Source of the DNA: Centroscyllium fabricii
Taxonomy: Eukaryota
Assembly (NCBI GenBank): GCA_051313645.2
Contig: JBNRSN020000012.1
Location: 147,250,001 to 147,314,000 of the forward strand
Direction: 5' to 3'
DNA length: 64,000 nt
A program made the translations under genes and the position numbers. Below, piece after piece: positions 37,924-50,480 of the stretch; position 1 is the first letter of the stretch; every line of letters starts with the position of its first letter. Below the pieces are notes generated by a model that saw only the letters and a list, made by a program, of their open reading frames with translations, made no database searches and was not told the DNA's origin.

Positions 37924-40827
37924 CATAGAATCATAGAATCATAGAAGATAGGAGCAGGAGTAGGCCATTCGGCCCTTCGAGCCTGCTCCGCCATTCAACG
38001 AGATCATGGCTGATCTTACACGTTCAGTACCCAGTCCCTGTCTTCTCCCCATATCCCTTTAGCCTGAAGAAATATATCCAGTTCCCTCTTGAATATATTC
38101 AATGAACCGGCCTCCACCGCCCTCTGTGGTAAGGAATTCCACAGGTTCACCACTCTCTGTGTGAAGAATTTCCTCCTCATCTCAGTCCTACAAGGCTTAC
38201 CCCTTATCCTTAGACTATGCCCCCTGGTTCTCGACTCCCCGGCCATCGGAAACATCCTTTCTGCCTCTAACCTGTCCACGCCTGACAGAATTTTATAAGT
38301 CTCGATGAGATCCCCTCTTAATCTTCTAAACTCCAGCGAATATAAGCCCAGACTACACAATCTCTCCTCATAAGTCATTCCTGCCATCCCAGGTATCAGC
38401 CTGGTGAATCGTCGCTGTACTCCCTCCATGGCAAGAACATCCTTCCTCAGATGCGGCGACCAAAACTGCACACAATACTCAAGGTGTGGCCTCACCAAGA
38501 CCCTGTACAGCTGCAGCAAGACATCCCTATTCCTATACTCAAACCCTCTTGATATAAAGGCCAACATACCATTTGCCTTTTTAACCGCCTGCTGCACCTG
38601 CATGCTCACCTTCAGTGACTGGTGCACAAGAACACCCAGATCTCTTTGCACTTCCCCATCTCCCAATCTATTGCCATTCAAATAATACTCTGCCTTTCTG
38701 TTTTTGCTACCAAAGTGGATAACCTCACATTTATCCACATTATAGTGCATTTGCCATGTGTTCGCCCAATCCCCCAATCTGCCCAGGTCGCTCTGGAGCT
38801 TCCCGACATCCTCCTCAGAGCATACTCCCCCTCCAAGCTTAGTGTCATCTGCGAATTTGGAGATGTTACATCCAATTCCCTCATCCAGGTCATTAATATA
38901 TATTGTGAACAGCTGGGGTCCCAGTACTGACCCCTGTGGTACCCCACTAGTCACTGCCCGCCAATCAGAAAACAACCCGTTTATCCCAACTCTCTGTTTT
39001 CTATCTGCCAACCAGTTCTCTATCCATGCCAATACCTTGCCCCCAATCCCATGAGCCTTAATTTTGCCTGCCAATCTCCTATGAGGGACCTTGTCAAAGG
39101 CTTTCTGGAAGTCCAGATAAACCACATCTACTGGCTCTCCCCTATCTATTTTATCGGTTACATCCTCGAAGAATTCCAATAGATTAGTCGAGCAGGATTT
39201 ACCTTTTGTAAATCCATGTTGACTGTGTCCGATCCCGTCACTCTTAGTCAAGTGATCTGCTATTACGTCCTTAATAATGGACTCTAACATTTTGCCCACA
39301 ACCGATGTAAGGCTTACCGGTCTATAATTCCCCGCCTTCTCTCTACCCCCCTTTTTGAATAGTGGGGTAACATTAGCTACCCTCCAATCCCTGGGCACCA
39401 TTCCAGAGTCTATTGAGTTCTGGAAAATGATCCTCAAAGCATCTGATATCTCCAGGGCCACTTCCTTAAGCACCCTAGGATGCAGATTATCAGGCCCTGG
39501 GGATTTGTCGGCCTTTAATCCTTTCAATTTCCCGGACACCATATCCTTAGAGATATTGATTTCTTTCAGTTCCTCCCTCTCATTAGTCCCTATGATTCCC
39601 GACATCTCCGGGAGGCTATTTGTGTCCTCCTCCGTGAAGACAGAACCAAAATATGAATTTAATTGGTCCGCCATTTCCATGTTCCCCATTATATAATCTC
39701 CTGATTCGGACTGCAGGGGCCCGACTCTGGATTTCACCAGTCTCTTCCTTTTAATGTATCTGTAAAAGGTTTTGCAGTCAGTTTTTATGTTTGCCGCAAG
39801 CCTTCTTTCGTAATCTATTTTCCCCTTCTTAATTAATCCCTTTGTCCTCCTTTGCTGTATCCTGAATTGTTCCCAATCTTCAGGTTTGCTGCTTTTTTTG
39901 GCCAGTTGATACGCCCTTTCTTTGGTTTTTATGTTATCCCTAATTTCCCTTGTTATCCACGGTTGAGTCACCTTTTTTGGTTTATTTTTATTCCAAACTG
40001 GTATAAACAAGCTCTGCGCTTCTTCCATTCGATCTTTGAATGCCTGCCATTGTTGATCCACCATCAGCCCCCTGAGCGACACCCCTCAATCAATTGTACC
40101 CAACTCTCGTCTCATACCATCATAGTTCCCTTTTCTTAAATTTAGGACCTTAGTCTCCGAGTCAATTTCTTCCCTCTCCATTCTGAGTGAGAATTCGATC
40201 ATATTATGATCGCTCCGCCCCAATGGGCCTCGTACAACAAGATTGCCAATCAATCCCTTCTCATTGCACAGTACCCAGTCTAAGATGGCCTGATCCCGAG
40301 TTGGTTCCTCGACATATTGGTCCAGGAATCCATCTCGTATACACTCCAGAAATTCCTCCTCCATCGTGTTGTTACTAATCTGGCTAGTCCAATCTATATG
40401 TAAATTAAAGTCACCCATGATGACAGCTGTGCCCTTATTGCACGCTTCTTTAATTTCCCTTTTTATGCCTTCCCCAACCTCCATATTACTATTTGGCAGT
40501 CTATATACCACTCCCAGCAACATTTTTCACCCCTTGCTATTCCTCAGTTCTACCCATACAGATTCTGCATCATCCGAGTTAATATCAGTCCTTTCAATTG
40601 AGTTAATCCCCTCCCTCACCAGTAATGCCACCCCACCTCCCTTTCTTTTTTGCCTATCCTTCTTAAATATTGTATACCCTGGTATGTTAAGTTCCCAGCC
40701 TTGTCCACCCTGCAGCCATGTTTCTGTAATCGCAACCAAATCATATTTGTTTGCCTCTATTTCTACAGATAATTCATCTACCTTGTTCCGAATGCTTCTT
40801 GCATTAAGATACAAGGTTTCAGGCTTG
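37924..40827 (-). mobile_element. 5'-truncated CR1 LINE, subfamily 2
   Basis: APE and RT domains; (ATTCTATG)n tail; clearly diverged from subfamily 1. Confidence 0.96.
38016..40814 (-). pseudogene. CR1 ORF2, near-complete, two in-frame TGA stops
   Basis: Track ORFs 40527-40814, 40086-40523 and 38016-40082 are one frame broken by TGA at 40527-40529 and 40086-40088; YLNARSI, ETW, GDFN, SDH, PQGS, FADD motifs. Confidence 0.93.
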
Positions 40828-41002
40828 TATTACGAGGTGGCAGGTTTAGACATTCAGTTCTATTGCAAGGCGGTAGGTTTAGGGGTTCAGTTCTATTACT
40901 AGGCGATGGATTTAGGGGTTCCATTGTATACACGGCGGTTGTTTTAGGGGTTCAGTTCTTTTACAAGGTGGCAGGTTTATGGGTTCATGTCTATTACTGG
41001 AT
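40828..41002 (+). repeat. Right copy of the 175-bp direct duplication
   Basis: Matches 37749-37923. Confidence 0.9.
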
Positions 41003-44000
41003 GACAGTTTTCCAGTTCAGTTCTATTACTAGGTGGCATGTTTAGGGTTTCAATTATATTACAATGTGTTAGATTTAGCGGTTCAGTTCTGGTATAATGT
41101 GTCAGGTTTAGGGGTTCAGTTCTATTACTAGCTGGCAGGTTTAGGGGTTCAGTTCTATTACAAAGCAGTAGGTTTAGTGGTTCAGGACTTTTACAAGATG
41201 ACAGGTTCAGGGGCTCAATTCTATTACTAGGTGACAGGTTTAGAGGTTCAGTTCAATTGCAGGGCGGTATGTTTAGGCATTCATTTCTACTGCATGGTGG
41301 TAGTTTTAGGGGTACAGTTCTATTACATGGTAACTAGTTTAGGGATTCTGGTCTATTACAAGGTGGCAGTTTTAGGGGTTCACTTCAATTATAAGGTGGT
41401 AGGTTTAGGGGTTCAATTCGATTACAAGACGGTAGGTATAGGGGTTCAGTTCGATTACTAGACAATGGGTTTAGGGGTTCCGTTTTATTACAAGGCAAAA
41501 GTTTTAGTGGTTTATTTCTATTACTCAGTGTCAGATTTAGGGGTTCCATTCTATTTTAATGCAGTAGGTTTAGGGGTTCAGTTCTCTTACAAGGCAGAAG
41601 CTTTCTGGCTTCAGTTCTATTACAAGGCGGCGGTTTAAGAGTTCAGTACCATTACAAGGTAACAGGTTTAGGGGTTCAGTTCTATTACAAGGCGACAGGT
41701 TTATCGGTTCAGTCTATTACAAGGCGACAGGCTTCTGTCTTGAGTTCTATTACAAGGCAACAGGATTAGGGGTTCAGTACTATTACAAGTCCGAAGGTTT
41801 CTGGCTTCAGTTCTATTACAAAGCGACAGGTGTCAGTTTTTCAGGTTCAGTTATATTACAATGTGGCAGGATTATGGGTTCAGTTTTATGACATGGAAGC
41901 AGGTTTGGGGGTTCAGTTCTATTACAAGGTGGCAGGTTTAGGACTTCAGTTCTCTTGAATGTGTCAGGTTAAGGGGTTCAGTCCTATTACAAGGTGGCAA
42001 GTTTAGAGGTTCTGTTCTTTTACATGGTGTCAGTTTTGGGGTTCCATTTTATTTCTAGGCGATGAGTTTAGGGGTTCCATTCTATTACAAAGTGTCAGAT
42101 TTGGGGCTTCAGTTATATTACAAGGTGGTAGGATTAGGGTTTCCGTTTTATTAAAAGGTGGCAGGTTTAGGGGTTCCGTTCCACTGCAAGGCGGTAGGTT
42201 TAGAGGTTCCATTCTACACTACATGGTAATATTAGGGGTTCTGTTCTATTAAAAGGTGGCATGTTTAGGGGTACAGTTCCATTGCAATGTGGCAGAGTTA
42301 AGGATTCAGTGTTATTACAAGGCGACAGATGTAGGGGTTCAATTTTATTACATGGTGACAGGTTTAGGGGTTCAGTTCCATTACAATGTGACAGGTTTAG
42401 GGGTTCAGTTCTATTGCAAGGCAGAATGTTTCTGGCTTCAGTTATATTGCAAGGCAGCAGGTTTAGGAATTCAGTTCTATTACAAGGTTACAGGTTAAGG
42501 GGTTCAGTTCTATTACAATGTGCAATTTTGTGGGTTCAGTTATATTACAAGGTGTTAGGTTTAGGGGTCCAGTTCTATTACAAGGTGGCAGATTTAGGGG
42601 TTGAGCACTATAGTAAGATGGTAGGTTTAGAGGTTCAGTTCTATTATAACACTGAAGGTTTAGTGGTTCCGTTATATGACAACACTGCTCGTTTTGGGGT
42701 TCAGTTCCATTACAAGGTGTCAGGTTTACGTGTTCAGTTCGATTAAAATGTGGCATGTTTAGGGGTACAGTTTCATTACAATGTGGCAGCATTAGGGATT
42801 CAGTGTTATTACAAGGCGGCAGGTGTAGGGGTTCCATTTTATTACATGGCAACAGGTTTAGGGGTTCCATTCTATTACAATGTGTCAGATATGGGGGTTC
42901 AGTTATATAATATATTACATGGTGTCATGTTTGGGGTTCAGGCCTATTACAAGGCGACAGGTTTAGGGGTTCAGTTCTATTACAAGGCAGAAGGTTTCTG
43001 GCTTCAGTTGTATTGCAAGGCGGCAGGTTTAGGAGTTCAGTTATATTACAAGGTGTCAGGTTTAGGGGTCCAGTTCTATTACAAGGTGGCAGGTTTAGGG
43101 GTCCAGCACTATAATAAGGTGGTAGGTTTAGAGGTTCAGTTCTATTATAACACTGAAGGTTTAATGGTTCAGTTAAATGACAACACTGCTCGTTTAGGGG
43201 TTCAGTTCAATTACAAGGTGTCAAGTTTAGGGGTTCAGTTCTTTAATAATTTAACATTTGTTGAGGTTCAGTTCTATTACACTGCGACAGGGTTAGGTGT
43301 TCACTTCTATTACAAGGCAGCAGGTATAGGGGTACAGTTCTCTTACAAGGTAACAGGTTTAGGGGTCCAGGTCTTTTTCAAGGTGTCTGATTTGGGGGTT
43401 CAGTTATATTACAAGCTGTCAGTTTGGTGTTCAGTTCCATTACAAGGCGGCAGGTATAGGGGTACAGTTCTATTACAAGGTAACAGGTTTAGGGGTTCAG
43501 GTCTATTACAAGGTGACAGATTTGGGGTTCAGTTATATTACAAGGTGTCAGGTTTGGGGTTCAGTTCTATTACAATGTGGCAGCTTTAGGGGTTCAGCAC
43601 TATAATAATGCTGTAGGTTTAGAGGTTCAGTTCTATTATAACACTGAAGGTTTAGTGGTTCAGTTATATGACAACACTGCTTTTTAGGGGTTCAGTTGTA
43701 TTACAAGGTGTCAGGTTTATGGGTTCAGTTCTATTACACTGTGACAGAGTTAGGTGTTCAGTTCTATTACAAGGTGGCAGGTTTAGATGTTCAGTTCTAT
43801 TACAAGGCAGCAGGTTTAGGGGTTCAGTTCTACGACAAGGTGTCAGGTTTAGGGGTTCAGTTATATTACTAGGCAACATGTTAGGGGCTTCAGTTCTATT
43901 ACAACGTGTCAGGATTTGGGGTTCCATTCCATTAAAGGTCAAGTGGATTAGGGGTTCAGCTCTATTACATGGTGACAAGTTATGGGGTTCTGTTCTATTA

Positions 44001-47000
44001 CATGGTGGCAGATTTAGTGGTTCAGTTCTACTACAAGGCGGTAGGTTTAGGGGTTCAATTATATTACATGGCAGTAGGTTTAGGGGTTGAATTCTATTAC
44101 ATGGCAGCAGGTTTAGGGGTTCAGTTCTATTACGAGGCGGCAGGTTTAGGCATTTAGTTCTATTGCAAGCTGGTAGTTTTAGGGGTTCTGTTCAATTACT
44201 AGGCGATGGGTTTATGGGTTCCATTGTATAAAAGGCGGTTGTTTCAGGGGTTCAGTTCAATTACTAGGCGACAGGTTTACTGGTTCAGTTCTATTACTAG
44301 GCGGCATGTTTAGGGGTTCAATTATTTTACAAGGTGTCAGATTTAGTGGTTGAGTTCTAGTGCAAGGTGTCAGGTTTAGGGTTTCAGTTCTATTACTAGG
44401 TGGTAGGTATCGGTGTTCAGTTCTATTTATTATAAGGCGGCAGGTTTAGGTATTCAGTTCTATTACAAGGCTGCAGATTTAGGGGTTCCATTCTATTACA
44501 AGGTAACAGGTTTATCGGTTCAGTTCTATTTCAAGGTGTCAGGTTTGGAGGTTCAGTTATATTACCATGTGCCAGGTTTAGTGGTCAGTTCTATTAAAGG
44601 TGTCTGATTTGGGGGTTCAGTTATATTACAATGAATCAGGTTTAGTGGTTCAGTTTTATTACAAGGCGGCAGCTTTAGCGGTTTAGTTCTATTACAAGGT
44701 GGCATGTTTAGGGGTTCAATTTTATTACAAGGCAGCAGGTTTATGTGTTCAGTTCCTTTACATGATGACATGTTTAGGGGTTCAGTTCTATTTCATGACA
44801 GGTTTGGGTGTTCAGTTATATTACAAGGTGTTAGATTTGGGTTTCAGATATATCACAAGATGTCAGGTTTATTGGTTGTGTTTTATTACAAGGTGGCAGG
44901 TTTCAGGGTTCAGTTTTATTACAAGGTGGCAGGTTTAGGGGTGCAGTTCTATTATAAGGTGGTAGGTTTAGATGTTCCTTTCTATTGCAACACTGAAGGT
45001 ATAGGGGTTCAGTTCTATTACAATACTGCCAGTTTGGTGGTTCAGTTCTATTAGAAGGTGTCAGGTTTAGGGGTTCTGTTATATTACAAGTCAAGAGGAT
45101 TAGGGCTTCAGTACTATTGCATTGCAGTAGATTTAGGGATTCAGTTCTATTCCATGGCAGCAAGTTAAGGGGTTCAATTCTATTATGAGGTGGCAGGTTT
45201 AGGCATTCAGTTCCATTACAAGGCAGTAGGTTTAGGGGTACAGTTCAATTACTAGGCGATGGGTTTAGGGGTTCCATTCTATACATGGCGGTTGTTTTAG
45301 AGGTTCTGTTCTATTACAAGGTGGTAGGTTAGGGGTGCAGTTCTATTACAAGGCAGTAGGTTTAAGCATTCAGTTCTATTACAAGGCAGTAGTTTTAGGG
45401 GATCAGTTCTGTTACATGGCAGCAGGTTTAGGGGTTCAGTTCTATTCCATGGTGTCAGGTTTATGGGTTCAGTACCATTACATGGCAGCAGGTTTAGGGG
45501 TTCAGTTATATTACATGGCAGTAGGTTTAGGGGTTCAGTTCTCTTACGAGGTGGCAGGTTTAGGCATTCAGTTCTATTGCAAGGCGGTAGTTTTAGGGGT
45601 TTAGTTCTATTAATAGGCGATGGGTTCAGGGGCTCAATTGTATACAAGGTGGTTGTTTTAGGGGTTCAGTTCTATTACAAGGTGGCAGGTTTATGGGTTC
45701 ATGTCTATTACTAGACAACAGGTTTACCAGTTCAGTTCTATTACTAGGCTTCAGGTTTAGGGGTTCAATTCTATTACAAGGTGTCAGGTTTAGGGGTTCC
45801 ATTCTATTACTAGGTGGTAGGTGTAGGGGTTCAATTCTATTACAAGGCAGCAGGTTTAGGGGTTCAGTTCTATTACAAGATGACAGGCTCAGGGGCTCAA
45901 TTCTATTACTGGGTGACAGGTTTAGAGGTTCAGTTCTATTGCAAGGTGATATGTTTAGGCATTCATTTCTATTACACGGTGGTTTTTTTAGGTGCACAGT
46001 TCTATTACATGATGACTAGTTTAGGGGTACTGTTCTATTACAAGGTGGCAGTTTTAGGGGTTCAGTTCGATTATAAGGTGGTAGGTTTAGGGGTTCAATT
46101 CTATTACAAGATGGTAGGCTTAGGGTTGGAAAGTTTAGGGGTTCTGTTCTTTTACAAGGTGTCAGGTTTTCAGGGTTCAGTTCTATTAATAGACAATGGG
46201 TTTAGGGGTTCCTTTCTATTACAAGGCATACGTTTTAGGGGTTCAGTACAATTACAAAGTGTCAGACTTGGTGGTTAATTCTATTACAAGGTGGTAGGTT
46301 TAGGTTTCAGTTTTATTACAAGGTGGCAGGTTTAGGGTTTCAGTTCTATTATAAGGCGGTATGTTAAAGTTTCTTTTTTATTACAACACTGATGGTTTAG
46401 GGGTTCAGTTCTATTACAATGATGCCGATTTAAGGGTTCCATTCTATTACAAGGTGTCAGCTTCAGGAGTTCATTTCTATTACAAGGCGACAGGTGGAGG
46501 GTTTCAGTTCTATTACAAGGCGGAAGGTTTCTTGGTTCAGTTCTATTACAAGGCGGCAGGTATAGGGGTTCAGTTCTATTACAATGGGACAGGTTTAGGG
46601 GTTCCATTCTATTACAAGGTGTCATATTTGGGGGTTCCGTTATATTACAAGGTGTCAGCTTTGGGGTTCATTTCTATTACAAGGCGACAGGTTTAGAGGT
46701 TCAGTTCTATTAAAATGCGGAATATTTCTGGCTTCAGTTCTATTACAAGGTGGCAGGTTTAGTAGTTCAGTTCTATTACAAGGTAACAGGTTTAGGGGTT
46801 CAGTACTATTATAAGGCAACAGGTATAGGCGTTCAGTTCTATTACAAGGCGGAATGTTTCTGGCTTCAGTTCTATTACAAAGCGGCAGGTTTAGGAGTTC
46901 AGTTCATTACAAGGTGTCAGGTTTAGGGGTTCTGTTCTATTAGAATGTGGCAGGTTTAGGGGTCCAGCACTATAATAAGGCAGTAGGTTTAGAGGTTCAG

Positions 47001-50000
47001 TTCTATTATAACACTGAATGATTAGTGGTCGAGTTATATGACAACACTGCTCGTTTAGGCGTTCAGTTCTATTACAAGGTGGCAGGTTTAGATGTTCGGT
47101 TCTATTATAAGTTGGCAGTTTTATGGATTCAGTTCTACTACAAGGTGGCATGGTATGGGGCACAGTTCTATTACAAGGTAACAGAATTAGGGGTTCCGTT
47201 CTATTACAAGGTGTCAGATTTGGGGGTTCTGTTCTAGAACAAGGTGTCAGTTTTAGGGGTTCTGTTCTATTACAAGGCGGTAGGTTTAGGGGTTTAGTTC
47301 TATTATTGCACTGTAAGTTTAGGGGTTCCATTCTATTACTCAGCGGCAGGTTTGGCGGTTCAGTTCTATTACAACGTGGCAAGTTTAGGGGTTCTGTACT
47401 TTTACACGGTGTCAGGTTTGGTGGTTCAGTTCTATTACTAGACAATGGGTTTAGGGGTTCCATTCTATTACAAAGCAGAAGTTTTAGGGGTTCAGTTCTA
47501 TTCCAAAGTGTCAGTTTTGGGGGTTCAGTTCTATTACAAGCTGGTAGGTTTAGGGTTTCAGTTTTATTACAAGATGGCAGGTTTAGGGGTTCCATTCTAT
47601 TATAAGGCAGTACGTTAAAGCTTCCGTTTTAATACAACACTTAAGGTTTAGGGGTTCAGTTCTATTACAATGCTGCCAGTTTAGGGGTTCCATTCTATTA
47701 CAATATGTCAGGTTTAAAGGTTCCGTTCTATTACAAGGCGGTAGGTTTATGGGCTCAGTTCTATTACTAGACGGAAGGTTTCTAGGTTCATTTCTATTAC
47801 AAGGTGGCAGGTTTAGGGGTTCAGTTCTATTACAAGGTGGCAGGTTTAGGGGTCCAGCAATATAACAAGGCGGTAGGTTTAGAAGTTCAGTTCTATTAAA
47901 ACACTGAAGGTTTAGGGGTTCTGTTATATGACAACACTGCTCATTTAGGGGTTCCATTTTATTACAGGATTTCAGGTTTAGGGGTTCAGCTCTATTACAT
48001 TTCAACATGTTTAAGGGTTCAGTTCTATTGCAGTGCAGCAGTGTTGGGTGTTCAGTTCTATTACAAGGTGGCAGGATTTGGTGTTTGGATGTATTACAAG
48101 GCAGTAGGTTTAGGGGTCCAGTTCTATTTCTAGGCGTCAGGTTTAGGAGTTCAATTCTATTACATGACAGCAGGTTTAAGGGTTCAGTTCTGTTACAAAG
48201 CGGCAGGTTTATGGGTTCAGTTTTATTACATGATAGCAGGTTTAGAGTTTCAGTTCAATTAAAATGCGGCAGGTTTAGTGTCTCAGTTCTATTACAAGGT
48301 GTCAGGTTTCGGGGTTCAGTTCTATTACAAGGCAGCAGGTTTAGTGGTTCACTTCTCTTACAAGGTGGCAGCTTTAGGGTTTCAGTTCTATTGCAAGCTG
48401 GTATGTTTAGGCATCCATTTCTATTGCAAGGCAGTAGGTTCAGGGGTACAGTTCTATTACATGGTGACAAGTTATTGGGTTCTGTTCTATTACATGGTGG
48501 CAGGTTTAGCGGTTCAGTTCTACTACAAGGAGGTAGGTTTAGGGGTTCAATTCTATTACAAAGTGTCAGATTTGGGGGTTCAGTTCTATTACCAGATGAC
48601 AGGTTTATGTTTTCAGTTTCATTACAAGGTGTCAACTTTAGAGGGTCCATTCTATTATAATGCGGTACGTTAAAGGTTCAGTTTTATTACAACACTGAAG
48701 GTTTAGGGGTTCCGTTCTATTACAAGGCTGCCAGTTTAGGGGTTGCATTCTATTACAAGGTGTCAGGTTTAGTGGTTCCATTCTATTACAAGGCGGTAGG
48801 TTTACGGGTTCCGTTCTATTACTACACCATAAGTTTAGGAGTTCAGTTATATTACTAGGCGACAGGTTTAGCAGTTCAGTTCTACCACAAGGTGTCAATT
48901 TTAGGGGTTCTGTTATTTTACAAGGTGTCATGTTTTGGGGTTCCATTTTATTACTAGACGATGGGGTTAGGGGTTCCAGTATATTCAATGGTGGAAGTTT
49001 TAGGGGTTCAGTTCAATTAAAAATTGTCAGATTTGGGGCTCCAGTTCTATTACAAGGTGGTAGGTTTAAGGCTTCAGTTTTAGTACAAGGTGGCAGGCTT
49101 AGGGGTTCAGTTCTTTATAAGGCAGTACGTTAAAGGTTCAGTTTTATTACAACACTGAAGGTTTAGGGGTTCAGTTCTATTACAATGCGAAGGTTTAGGC
49201 GTTAACTTCTATTACTATGTGGTAATTTTAGGGGTTCAGTTCTATTACAAGGTGGCATGTTTAGAGGTACAGTTCTGTTACAAGCTGGCAGATTTAGTGA
49301 TTCAGTTTTATTACAAGGCAGCAGTTGTAGGGGTTCAATTTTATTACATGGCGACAGGTTTAGGGGTTCAGTTCTATTACACGGTGACAGGTTTACAGGT
49401 TCACATCTATTACAAGGCAGCAGGTTTAGGGGTCCAGCACTATAATAAGGTGTTCTATTATAACACTGAAGGTTTAGTGGTTCAGTTATATGACAACACT
49501 GCACGTTTAGGGGTTCAGTTCTACTACAAGGTGTCAGGTTTAGGGGTTCAGTTCTATTAAATTTCAACATGTTTAGGGGTTTAGTTCTATTACACTGTGA
49601 CAGGGTTAGGTGTTCAGTTCTATTACAAGGTGGCAGGTTTAGATGTTCAGTTTTATTACAATGCGTTAGGTTTAAGGGTTCAGTTTATCACTAGGTGACA
49701 GGTTTAGGGGTTCCATGCTATTACACGGCAACAGGTTTAGGTGTTCCATTCTATTACAAGTCAGCAGGTTTAGGGGTTCAGTTCTGTTACATGGCAGCCG
49801 GTTTAGGGGTTCAGTTCTATTACATGGCAGCAGGTTTAGGGGTTTAGTTATATTACAAGGTGGGTGGTTTAGAGGTTCAGTTCTATTACAAGGTGGCAGG
49901 TTTAGGGGTTCCGTTCTATTACAAGGTGGTAGGTTTAGATGTTCAGTTCTATTAATTGGTCGCAGGTTTACGGGATCAGTTCTATTACAAGGCAACAGGT

Positions 50001-50192
50001 TTAGGGTCCAGGTCTATTACAAGACGGCAGCATTAGGGGTTCAGTTCTATTACAAAGTGGCATTTTTAGGGGTACAGTTCTATTAAAAGGTGGCAAATTT
50101 AGGGATTCAGTTATAATACAAGGTGTCAGGTTTAGGGTCTCAATTTTATTACAAGGCAGCGGGTTTAGGGTTTCATTTCAAATACAATGTGA

Positions 50193-50437
50193 TGTTGTGC
50201 TGCAGGTATCCAAAAACCACACAGAGTCAGAGCTAAGGAAAAACACACCTTTACTCAACAGTTATAAACATGGAAGAGGCAGAACCACGAGGTACAAAAC
50301 ATATTTAAACGGTCCCGCCGTTGGTGACGTCATCACGTCCACCGACGTGGTGACGTAATCGCATCACGCGGATGAGCGGGCTGCGCTCCGCGGAGCCCCG
50401 TTGGCGGATTCGATCTCCCAGCGGGTGTGCCGCTTCA
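50193..50437 (-). repeat. 3' LTR of Gypsy copy 2
   Basis: Direct repeat of 54401-54645; PPT adjacent. Confidence 0.95.
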
Positions 50438-50480
50438 CAGCTCCCCCCAGAATCCGTCCGGGAGAAATAGATTAACGTGT

